Source of the DNA: Candidatus Hydrogenedentota bacterium
GTDB lineage: Bacteria; Hydrogenedentota; Hydrogenedentia; Hydrogenedentales; SLHB01
Assembly: GCA_963674865.2 (NCBI GenBank)
Contig: CAXXYE010000002.1
Span: forward strand, 173,325-237,324
Direction of reading: 5' to 3'
DNA length: 64,000 nt
A program made the position numbers and the translations under genes. Positions within the stretch are counted from its first letter, which is position 1; each line of letters begins with the position of its first letter. Under the pieces are notes generated by a model that had not been told where the DNA came from, did no database searches, and saw nothing but the letters and a program-made list of their open reading frames with translations. Shown here piece by piece: positions 27,239-36,108 of this stretch.

Positions 27239-29098
27239 TCAGGTGGGGGCGACGGTTTCAGGGAAGAACATGGCCTCGGCGAACTCCATCTGAAAGGCCG
27301 GGTCGAGTGAGAGATCGACGTGCTGCGCGTGCCGGGCGATCTCCTCGGCGTGGGCGCGTGCTTTCTGCGATACGGCGGCGGCCCATGCTCCGGCCAGGGA
27401 GGCGTTCCCGACGAAGGCCATTTTCTCATGGGGCAGGTCGCTGGGAAGCAGTCCAATGCGCTGGGCGTTGCTCCGACGGATGAAGTTGCCGAATCCGCCC
27501 GCGATGTAAACGCGCTCCAGATCACTCACCTTCAATCCGGCGCGCTGGAGGAGGATGGAGATGCCGGCGCGGATGGCGCCGGTGGCGAGTTGGAGTTCCC
27601 GTATATCGCGCTGGGTTAGCACAATGGACTCTTCCGTGCCGGATTCGTGACGCTCGGCCAGGACAAACACAGTTCCGTTGCCCTCTTGTCGAACGCGCCG
27701 GCGGATCGCCTCCGGTATGTGCTCAGGCATGAGGTCGTCACCGAGCAGCAGGCCTTCGCGGATCACCACGCCGATGCGCAGCAGCTCGGCGACCACGTCT
27801 ATCAAGGCGGAGCCGCAAATCCCGATGGGCGGCATGTCGCCAATCACGTTGAGGCGAACGTCCCCATCGAGAAGGACCTTCTCGATGGCACCGGCGGCGG
27901 CGCGCATGCCGTGGTGAATGCGCGCGCCTTCAAAGGCGGGGCCGGCCGCCGTCGAAGCGGCCAGTATCTGGCCATCATGGCAGAGGACGATCTCGCCGTT
28001 GGTGCCGATGTCCACCAGCATCGCGGGCGCGTCGGTGTCGGCAGCTTCGGTGGCCACCAGTCCCGCGACGGTATCCCCGCCTACAAAGCCGCCGATTACC
28101 GGGAAGGCGTAGGCGCGTCCCCGCGGATGGATGTTGAGCTCGAGTTCGTTGGCTTCGACGAGCACGCCACGCCTGGCGACAGGTACGAAGGGCACCTCGC
28201 CGAGGGCGGCGGGATCGAGTCCCAGCAGTAGTTGCTGCATGGTCGTGTTGCCGGCGAAGGTGGCCTCGTAAACGTGTTCGCGCGCCACTCCGGCCTGCTC
28301 GATGAGTTCATCGATCATGCCGTTGACCTCCGCCACGATGGCGTCGTGTAGGTCCTTCAAGCCGTCCGGCTGCTCCCGCGCGTGTAGGATGCGGCTGAGC
28401 ACGTCGTCGCCGAAGGTCGTTTGCGGATTCAGCCGGGAAGTAGTGGCTCGCTCGCGTCCATCGTTCAGGTCGAGCAGGACGCCGACGAGGGTCGTGGTGC
28501 CGATGTCGAAGGCTACCGAGAAGCACTGCGTCCGCGTGTCGCCTTCCTCGAAGTCGATGAGCCGGTGGTCGGCGAGCACGGCGGTGCCGCTGAAGCTCCA
28601 GGCCCGCAGGCGGCGCGGCAGTTCGGCCAAGAGACTCAGGTCGGACTTGAAGTTTCCCAGCACCTCTTCGAGGCGTTCCAGGTCGGGCGCGGCATGTTCG
28701 CGCGAGGGGGGCGTAAGGGTGAGGAATTGTTTGCGCACCGCAGGATTGATCTCATCGGCTGTCGTCTCCGACTCCGCGCCGAGGATCTGGTACGCGGCGC
28801 CGATCACCGACGCCCGCGGAATCTCGATGGTTGTGGGGCCGCAGATGCGCGATTGACAGGCGAGTCGCATGCCTTCGGCGAGTTCCTCCGCGGAGAATGC
28901 CGCCCGCTCGGCCTCGTTGGGCGGGCAGGCGTTCTTGACGACGCGGACGCGGCATTTCCCGCATGTGCCTTGGCCGCCGCATGGGGTGTTGAGCAAGGCG
29001 CCCGCCCGAACGGCCGCCTCAAGGATCTTGGTTTTCTCCAAGACGTAGACGGTTCTGCCGAGTGGTTCGAGGACTACGGGTATTTCTGCTTCGCGCAT
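27239..29098 (-). CDS. ASKHA/2Fe-2S protein (RACo, reductive activator of corrinoid proteins; DUF4445)
   Basis: CGGQGTCGKC...RLACQ 2Fe-2S domain; DIGTTT, GGFVGGD, DIGTNGE, AAGPAFEG, GICGS, AGGFG. Confidence 0.9.
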   Translation of the reverse strand: MREAEIPVVLEPLGRTVYVLEKTKILEAAVRAGALLNTPCGGQGTCGKCRVRVVKNACPPNEAERAAFSAEELAEGMRLACQSRICGPTTIEIPRASVIGAAYQILGAESETTADEINPAVRKQFLTLTPPSREHAAPDLERLEEVLGNFKSDLSLLAELPRRLRAWSFSGTAVLADHRLIDFEEGDTRTQCFSVAFDIGTTTLVGVLLDLNDGRERATTSRLNPQTTFGDDVLSRILHAREQPDGLKDLHDAIVAEVNGMIDELIEQAGVAREHVYEATFAGNTTMQQLLLGLDPAALGEVPFVPVARRGVLVEANELELNIHPRGRAYAFPVIGGFVGGDTVAGLVATEAADTDAPAMLVDIGTNGEIVLCHDGQILAASTAAGPAFEGARIHHGMRAAAGAIEKVLLDGDVRLNVIGDMPPIGICGSALIDVVAELLRIGVVIREGLLLGDDLMPEHIPEAIRRRVRQEGNGTVFVLAERHESGTEESIVLTQRDIRELQLATGAIRAGISILLQRAGLKVSDLERVYIAGGFGNFIRRSNAQRIGLLPSDLPHEKMAFVGNASLAGAWAAAVSQKARAHAEEIARHAQHVDLSLDPAFQMEFAEAMFFPETVAPT

Positions 29099-29145
29099 AT
29101 TCCTTCCTTAACGGCCGATACGATGTGCGTGTCTAGCGCAGCGGC

Positions 29146-30090
29146 TCAATCGTCATGCTTCGGACAGTAATACGTCGTGTTTCCGCGAGATTCGCCGGCC
29201 ACCTCGCCGCTGCGAAGCAGGTGCTCGATACTTTTGATCGCCTCATTCCGATGGATGCCCAGTCCCTGGGCGATGTCTTCGAGGGAGCACGGGCGGCGCC
29301 GCAGCATGTCCAAAACGTCCGAAGGCGAGGTGCCTTTGAACCGTTCGTGCTTATCGTAATCGAAATCGGCGACCACCTCGGCGCGTTCGCCAAGCAACTC
29401 CTTGAAGCGGGCCATGTCTTCCGGCGACACCGGCTCGGCGCTCGATTCGGCGGGCGGCCGCACGGCGGTATTGAGTTGGATACGATCCGGCTGGATGCGG
29501 TCGATGAGGCCGGCGAGTTTCCCGACGTGTTCATCCGTCCCGGTGATGCCTTTGAGCAGGACCACCTCGAGCCACATCGGCCCGGAGTACACTTTTCGGA
29601 ACGCGACCAGCCCGTTCACGAGGTCGTCGATCCGCAGATCGGAGTGGGGGCGATTCACCAGGCGGTAGGTTTCCTCATCGGCGGCATCGAGCGAGGGCAC
29701 GACAAGGTCCGCCCTCAGCAGCTCTCGCTGCAAGGCCGGATCGCCCAGCAAGGAGCCGTTGGTGAGCACCGCGATGGGCACGTCGGTGCGGCTTTTCACC
29801 GCCGCGATGAACTCGCCGAGCCGGGCGTAGAGCGTCGGCTCGCCGGAGCCCGCAAGAGTGATGTAATCCGGCGCGGCGCCGGCGGCGAGTTTTCGCTCGA
29901 TCTCTTCGACAACGTCGGCAAGAGGTACGAACTCCTCGCGGGTTGTAGTCTTGGCGGTGGTGCAGCCGAGTTGGCAGTAGATGCAGTCGAAGGTACACGT
30001 CTTGAAGGGGACAAGGTCCACTCCGAGGGAAAGACCAAGCCGACGTGATGGCACGGGGCCGAAAACGTATTTGAAAGGGGAATCATTCAT
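29146..30090 (-). CDS. Radical SAM protein with C-terminal HTH-like region
   Basis: FGPVPSRRLGLSLG, CTFDCIYC, GSGEPTL. Confidence 0.9.
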   Translation of the reverse strand: MNDSPFKYVFGPVPSRRLGLSLGVDLVPFKTCTFDCIYCQLGCTTAKTTTREEFVPLADVVEEIERKLAAGAAPDYITLAGSGEPTLYARLGEFIAAVKSRTDVPIAVLTNGSLLGDPALQRELLRADLVVPSLDAADEETYRLVNRPHSDLRIDDLVNGLVAFRKVYSGPMWLEVVLLKGITGTDEHVGKLAGLIDRIQPDRIQLNTAVRPPAESSAEPVSPEDMARFKELLGERAEVVADFDYDKHERFKGTSPSDVLDMLRRRPCSLEDIAQGLGIHRNEAIKSIEHLLRSGEVAGESRGNTTYYCPKHDD

Positions 30091-30287
30091 TATGTGACCG
30101 CCGGATAGTTCGATGGCGCCGCACATACGGCACCGGGAAAGGGTACTCGTTCGTATGGACTTACTTCAAAGACGTATCCCACCAGAAGGGGCTCACGACC
30201 TCAAGATCCATGCAAGGAGGGAACGCCACCTTACCGTCTCGGGCGACGGCTCAGAAGTGGCTTTCCCTCCTCACAGGTGAACCGCAG

Positions 30288-30674
30288 CTATTTCTCTTGC
30301 GCCTCTTGAGCACTCAGCTCGTCGAGCCGCTGCTTGATTTGTTCCAGTTGCCCTTGGAGCGCGCCCATCTGGTTCTCCAGGAAGGCGCGTTCATCGGCGG
30401 CCGTGGGCTGGGCGTATCCAGGCGCGACGACCGGGGGGGCGTAAGCGCCCCAAGAAGCGCCGCCCCAGAAACCACGTCGGCCCCAGGCCATGCCGCGGCC
30501 CAAACCGAAGCCCCGGCCCCGACCCATGCCGCGGCCGAAGCCGAAGCCTCGGCCAAATCCGCCACCTGCGATAGGATTCATGTATCCGGGCATGCCGTAG
30601 CCGGCGCAGTAGCCGGCCGCGCGACCTGTCATCGGCCCCATGCCCATAGGTCCTGTTCCATCTCCACCTGGCAT
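30288..30674 (-). CDS. DUF5320-family Gly/Arg-rich protein
   Basis: MPGGDGTGPMGMGPMTGRAAGYC, RG-rich middle, C-terminal coiled coil. Confidence 0.85.
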   Translation of the reverse strand: MPGGDGTGPMGMGPMTGRAAGYCAGYGMPGYMNPIAGGGFGRGFGFGRGMGRGRGFGLGRGMAWGRRGFWGGASWGAYAPPVVAPGYAQPTAADERAFLENQMGALQGQLEQIKQRLDELSAQEAQEK

Positions 30675-30773
30675 TGTTTTTTCCTCCTTAGCGGACGCGC
30701 AGGAGCACGTCTGTTCCTTAGATCCAGCTAAACGTCTTGGCCGAGCTCATCGGCCTTCCACTTCAAAGTCTGT

Positions 30774-30986
30774 TCAGCGTCCGCGGCCTTGCCCGCGGCC
30801 TTGGCCGCGCCCCTGACCGCGTCCGGCGCCTTGACCTTGACCCCGGCCCTTGCCGGCGCCGCGTCCAGCGCCCTGTCCCCGGCCTGCGCCGGGATTCTGC
30901 TGCTTGCGGCCGCCGCCGCACGGTCCGAGGCCGCGTCCTGTTCCTGCTCCCTGACCGGCAGGTCCCGTTCCATCTCCTCTAGGCAT
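30774..30986 (-). CDS. Short DUF5320-like Gly/Arg-rich protein
   Basis: MPRGDGTGPAGQGAGTGRGLGPC; RBS AGGAGG. Confidence 0.75.
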   Translation of the reverse strand: MPRGDGTGPAGQGAGTGRGLGPCGGGRKQQNPGAGRGQGAGRGAGKGRGQGQGAGRGQGRGQGRGQGRGR

Positions 30987-31021
30987 ATCGTTGTCCTCCT
31001 AACTGTTTTATTTCGAGTGCG

Positions 31022-31408
31022 TTACCACAGAGGTCCGCGGCCACGGCGCCTGCGAAAACGCCAGCGGCCGCAACGCCGTCCTCCCGCGCCCATCATGGCG
31101 CGGGGCTGCAATTCGCCGAGCACGAGGCCTTCCAGAGCATCGGCAGCCTCGCCGGTGACCCAGGCGTACAAGGCCAGGCCACATCCCGCCAGGCAATGGG
31201 CGGATACCGGGTCGATGCCGCCGCAGATGACGACCTCGACGCCGAGTTCCCGGAGCCTCCGAGCACGCTCGACGGGCGGCAGTCCGGCCAGCCCCACTTG
31301 GCTACGCTCGCCCGCGCTTCCCGGGCCAACATCGGCCACGAGGAAGTCGGAAGCGCAGTCATAGCGCGGCGCAATCCGGCTACCAAACAAGGGAACTGCA
31401 ACTTTCAT
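31022..31408 (-). CDS. NifB/NifX-family (FeMo-cofactor-binding fold) protein
   Basis: MKVAVP....RIAPRYD...GVEVVICGGI. Confidence 0.8.
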   Translation of the reverse strand: MKVAVPLFGSRIAPRYDCASDFLVADVGPGSAGERSQVGLAGLPPVERARRLRELGVEVVICGGIDPVSAHCLAGCGLALYAWVTGEAADALEGLVLGELQPRAMMGAGGRRCGRWRFRRRRGRGPLW

Positions 31409-31432
31409 CAACTTAACCTCCGGCTAGAGGAA

Positions 31433-31448
31433 AGCAATACTCATGCCA
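31433..31448 (-). promoter_or_regulatory. Sigma-54 (-24/-12) promoter
   Basis: Minus strand TGGCATGAGTATTGCT matches TGGCAC-N5-TTGCW, 25 bp upstream of the NifX-family start. Confidence 0.85.
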
Positions 31449-31524
31449 TGTTCCTGAAATGTCGTAAGATATTGTTTGAGAGTGGGTTAGATGCTGGCAC
31501 CTATTCAGGCGAGACAAGGGGGTA

Positions 31525-31555
31525 TTGCAATAATGCAAGATATTGCATGCAATAT
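31525..31555. promoter_or_regulatory. Putative upstream activator sequence (overlapping TGCA palindromes)
   Basis: ttgcaataatgcaa and the perfect palindrome atattgcatgcaatat, about 80-110 bp upstream of the -24 box. Confidence 0.6.
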
Positions 31556-31607
31556 GCGAAGGAGGAAGGGGGCGAAGCATCACGCGAAGCTTTGGCGAGG
31601 CCGCAGG

Positions 31608-32931
31608 CTACGCGATGCCGTAGCGTTTCATCTTGCGCCACAGGGTGGTGGGATGGATGCCGAGGGCGTCGGCGGTGCGTTGCCGGTGGCCGCCATGGCG
31701 GCTGAGGGCGTTGCGAATGGCGGCGGCCTCGGCCTGATCCAGGGAACCGGGCTGGGGCTGCTCGGCGGGGGCATCGCCCGCGGCTTTCCGGCAGAGCTCG
31801 GGAGGGAGATGCTCGGGGCGGATCTCGTCGCCGCGACACAGCACGAAGGCGTGTTCGATGGCGTTCTCGAGTTCGCGGATGTTGCCGGGGAAATCGTGCC
31901 GCATGAGGACGGCGCAGGCCTCGGGGGAGATCGACGTGATGGCCTTGCCTTTCTCAGCGTTGAGTTTCTCGATGAAGTGGTCGGCGAGGAGAGGCACGTC
32001 CTCCCGGCGTTCCGCGAGTGGGGGCAGCGCGATCCTGATGACGTTGAGCCGGTAAAAGAGGTCCTCCCGGAACACGCCCCGAGCGACGAGTTCGGCCAAG
32101 GCGCGGTTTGATGCGGCGACAATGCGGACGTCGGCCTTTCGCGGCCCGGTGGCTCCGAGGGGCTCGTATTCCTTTTCCTGAAGGACTCGGAGGAGTTTCA
32201 CCTGCAACGCGGTGGACACGTCGCCGATCTCGTCGAGGAAGAGCGTGCCGCCTTCGGCCATGGCAAAGCGGCCGGGCTTGTCGCGCCGGGCATCGGTGAA
32301 CGCGCCTCGGACGTAGCCGAAGAGCTCTGACTCGAGAAGCGTATCGGGCAGGGCGCCGCAATTGACGGCGATGAAGGGGCCGTCCTTCCGGGGGCTGAGA
32401 TTGTGAATGGCGCGCGCGAAGAGTTCTTTGCCGGTGCCGCTGGGGGCCTTCGATGAGGACGGTGCTCTCGCTGGCGGCGATATCGGGCAGGATGGCGAGG
32501 ATCTGGTGGATTTCGTGATTCTTGCTGACGATGTCGCCGACGGCGTAGCGGCCGCGGATCTCGCGGCGGAGCAACTCGATATCGGAAAGATCGCGGAAAG
32601 TCTCGACGCCGCCTATGACCGCGCCGGATTCATCGCGCAGGGCGGCCGCGCTGACGCTGATTGGAATCTGTCGCCCTTCGCCATCCAGGATGGATACGCG
32701 GACATCCACAAGGTTCTCGCCGGTGTCGATGGCGCGATGGAGGACGCAGTCCGTCTGACACACGTCGGCGCGGAAAACGTCGAAGCATTTCTGGCCGGCG
32801 GCCTGCTCCCGTGGAACGCCGGTGATCTCCTCCGCCGCGCGATTGAAGGACGTGACATTCCAGTCGAGGTCAATCGTGAACACGCCGTCCGCAATCGAAT
32901 CGAGGATGATGTCTCTGTCGGCCGTGCCCAT
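31608..32931 (-). CDS. PAS / sigma-54 interaction / Fis-HTH activator (OrpR-like); frameshift at 32442-32446
   Basis: PAS N-terminus; removing one base from the G5 run restores [37 protein letters not shown] tail. Confidence 0.85.
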
Positions 32932-33001
32932 GGGCCTATTATGCCCGGTTGGCGCGGTGAGCATCTACTGCGAGATGCACCAACGGGGAGGAGGAGCGGC
33001 G

Positions 33002-34966
33002 TCATCGCTTGAAGTAGGCGTAGGCGGCCGGTTTCTGCTTTCCGTCGGTGGTCATCGTGGTTGTGATATCGCTTGTTGAGCGCTCCCAGTAGTAGAAGAC
33101 GCCAGTTTCCGTGCCTACCAGGAGATCGAGAACACCGTCGCGGTTCCAGTCGGCGACAACGGGGCCGTCGGTGTGGCCCATGAGTGTCTTGGAGATGACG
33201 CGGCCCATGTATTGAAGGACGAGTTTGCCGTCGTTCATTCCGATGTTCTTCATCCAGTCGACGGCGGGCTTGGACGAGAATATCAGGTCTCTTTTTCCAT
33301 CGCCGTCCCAATCGGCGAAGGTGATCTTGAGCCGGCCGCTGCTTGGGCCCGTTCGTTGGTTCAGGAGAATGGGCTCTCCGGAAGGGAATATGAAGTCTCT
33401 TTGGGGCGGGGCAAGGCGTAGCTCGCCGTTTTCATCACGATAGCGCGGATACACGGCGAGGTAGTCTTCATGATCGAGCATTACCAAGTCGTTCAGGCCG
33501 TCCTTGTTGAAGTCCATGATGTAGGGCGAGGTGCGCCATGGTGCCAGCAGCTCGTTTCCATGGGATTCTCCCGGCACCCAGTCAGGCTTCCGCGGCTCGC
33601 CGGCCCATTCGACCTCTATGGGCTTCGCCGGCGCAAGCTTGGGGGCCGTGCGCGTGCCGACGTTTTCGTACCACAGCACATTGCCGTGGTGGTGGTTGAC
33701 GAGTATGTCGGGGAGCCCGTTTTGGTTCCAGTCGCCTACGTCTATGGTGGTGTATCCCCACCGGGCGCCGGGGGGCAGGATTCTAATCGGCCGGCCATCG
33801 GCCTCCAGCAGTTGGGGCGCTGCCCAGGTGGGCTCTTTGCCTCCCAAGTTCTTGATGAAGCCGATGTGGCCGACGCCGTTTCCGCTGATGATGTCATCGA
33901 GGCCGTCCCCGTCCCAATCGAACACGCGCGGGGCGGTGAGTGCGCCAAAATCCACGAATCGTGCTTCTTGTTGGAAGAAACGGGGAGGAAGGAACTCCGG
34001 CACGGCGTCGGTTATCCGCCCGGTGTTTCTGAGTAGTGAGACTTTGCCGTCTTCATCGCCCGCGAGTATGTCGACGAAGCCGTCTTTGTCCCAGTCGATG
34101 GCGGTGGGATGAATGGCGGCGCGGCATTCCATCTGGATGGGCGTTCCGTCATGCTGCATTACCTGCCCATCGGCGAAGGCGTAGCGGCTTGTTGTTCCGG
34201 TGTTCTCAAAGTAGACGAAGCCGAAATCCTTCATTCCGATATAGTCAACGTCTCCATCATTATCGAAATCAGCGAACAGCACGCTGACGGTTGCTTCTTC
34301 AGCGATCGACCTTCCCGTCTCCGTCTTCAGGACTGTCGGCTCGCCGTATTGCACCTCCTCATCCGTGGCGGTGTTTTTCAGGAAGAGGAGTTCATCGGCG
34401 GCCGCCACGAGGTCCGTTGCGCCGTCGCCATCGAGGTCGATCATCTTCCATTGGGAGTATCTGCTGTCGCGAAGATAGTCGTGGCCGCCCGGCGGCAGCT
34501 CAATATTGCTTCGAATCCAGAAGACGTTTTGTGGGACGTCCCGATATAGCCGAAGTCTGTCATTCGCCCTGTCCGGCATCAGGATGTGAACATGGCCCTT
34601 GACGTTGGATACTTCGAAGCGGTCCCAGGCCAATGGGAAGCGAGGAGAAGAGATTTGCATTGAATGCCGAAAGATGGGCATCTCAACATTGCCGCTGATG
34701 TTCTCAAAATAGAACACGCCGCATTCGGCGTAACTCCCGGATTCAGACACCAGTATGTCGCAGTCGCCGTCGCCATCGAAATCCATCGGCAGCGGCACGG
34801 ACTTGAAGCCGACGTCCAGATCAACAGTTGCACCAAGGTTGTTGTACTCGAGCTTCCGAATCTCCTTCTGTGGAGCCGGCGTCGGTTCACCGAAGCCTTG
34901 TTGCGGATTGGACAGGAAGATAAGCACAAGAAGCGATGCAGCAATGCCGGATAGATGTTCCTTCAT
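33002..34966 (-). CDS. Secreted FG-GAP/VCBS repeat beta-propeller protein
   Basis: Signal peptide and many D(F/W)DGDG.xD motifs. Confidence 0.85.
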   Translation of the reverse strand: MKEHLSGIAASLLVLIFLSNPQQGFGEPTPAPQKEIRKLEYNNLGATVDLDVGFKSVPLPMDFDGDGDCDILVSESGSYAECGVFYFENISGNVEMPIFRHSMQISSPRFPLAWDRFEVSNVKGHVHILMPDRANDRLRLYRDVPQNVFWIRSNIELPPGGHDYLRDSRYSQWKMIDLDGDGATDLVAAADELLFLKNTATDEEVQYGEPTVLKTETGRSIAEEATVSVLFADFDNDGDVDYIGMKDFGFVYFENTGTTSRYAFADGQVMQHDGTPIQMECRAAIHPTAIDWDKDGFVDILAGDEDGKVSLLRNTGRITDAVPEFLPPRFFQQEARFVDFGALTAPRVFDWDGDGLDDIISGNGVGHIGFIKNLGGKEPTWAAPQLLEADGRPIRILPPGARWGYTTIDVGDWNQNGLPDILVNHHHGNVLWYENVGTRTAPKLAPAKPIEVEWAGEPRKPDWVPGESHGNELLAPWRTSPYIMDFNKDGLNDLVMLDHEDYLAVYPRYRDENGELRLAPPQRDFIFPSGEPILLNQRTGPSSGRLKITFADWDGDGKRDLIFSSKPAVDWMKNIGMNDGKLVLQYMGRVISKTLMGHTDGPVVADWNRDGVLDLLVGTETGVFYYWERSTSDITTTMTTDGKQKPAAYAYFKR

Positions 34967-35250
34967 GGAGCACTCCATTCTTTGGCCGACGTAATTGTGA
35001 TTTGAGTTGACGCCTCACAAGAGGAAGGGCCCCATATCTCTCCGGCAGTACAGAGAGAGGAGAAGATGGGTTGTGGCCCGCCAGCAGAAGCTCATGAGGG
35101 CTGGTGTCAGTCTACCGGATGTTAGGAGGCTTCGCAAGGATGATCGCGACAGAACGGCGGCTACTCGTGCATTGAGGAAGAAACATGCGTCCGCAGATGT
35201 TGTGAAAATGTGTCTGGAAACGACGCAGGACAAGATAGGGGACCCCTGTG

Positions 35251-35934
35251 ATGAAACGGATTCTATGTAGTCTTGTCGTGGTTTGCCTGGCCGTCGCCGT
35301 GGCTCCGAAGGCGGCTGCGCACCGGTTGGTGCCGGACGACGGTTCGCACACTACATCCGAAACGGCGATCTTCCTGGACGATGTGGACCTGTCGCAAGTG
35401 GTCTATCACGAGGTATCGGCCGAGTCGAACCACCTGTGGCTCTCGTTTGATGGCGTCCCCGGAGAAAACTTGTACTGGCAGCTCGGCGTGCCCGTCATCG
35501 AGGGACTCGAGGACTATCGGCCCACGGTTGTCGTGTTGGGTCCTGGTTTGCCGGAGGTGCAGGTGCCCTTCACCATCCCCGAAGGGGTCGGCGGTATTGT
35601 GGTGGACACGGAGGGCATGCCGAACGAGTTCTTCGACGAGCGCTTTACCGGCACGGAGGACTGGATAATCCACGCGGAGGAGGGCACCCTTGAGCAGGCG
35701 GGGCGCTACTACATCGTCGCGTATCATCCGGATGGCACGCCGGGGAAGTTCTGGCTGGCGATCGGCCGCCGCGAGGAGTTTGGTCTGGCGGATATCCTGA
35801 GCTACGCCGATGTGCTCGCGTTTGTTCGGGAGTACCACGAGGTTCAGGGCCAGCCGCTTCCTTTCCTGCCAAGGTTGCTCCTGATGCTGTCGAGGGTCAT
35901 GCGTCTTGTTTTCAGTCTGTTCATGTTCGCCTAG
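35251..35934 (+). CDS. Hypothetical exported protein with C-terminal hydrophobic segment
   Basis: Signal peptide ...PKAAA-H; coding-like codon usage. Confidence 0.65.
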   Translation: MKRILCSLVVVCLAVAVAPKAAAHRLVPDDGSHTTSETAIFLDDVDLSQVVYHEVSAESNHLWLSFDGVPGENLYWQLGVPVIEGLEDYRPTVVVLGPGLPEVQVPFTIPEGVGGIVVDTEGMPNEFFDERFTGTEDWIIHAEEGTLEQAGRYYIVAYHPDGTPGKFWLAIGRREEFGLADILSYADVLAFVREYHEVQGQPLPFLPRLLLMLSRVMRLVFSLFMFA

Positions 35935-36108
35935 CGTTTGACGGCACAGGGGCCAACGGGGCGGGTCTTGGCGGTTGGGGTCCGGCTCATGATGGGGCGT
36001 GTCGGGCAGCCTGATACATGGCCAGGCTCTTTTCATGTGGGGGCAAGCGTATCTGCTAGACTTCCGAAAGAATCTTCGCTCTGCAATGGCCAGCAAAACC
36101 AGTGAGGG

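Noticed and set aside
31022..31408. Nitrogen fixation gene cluster
   Set aside because: The NifB/NifX-family domain is widespread outside diazotrophs, and there is no nifHDK in the window.
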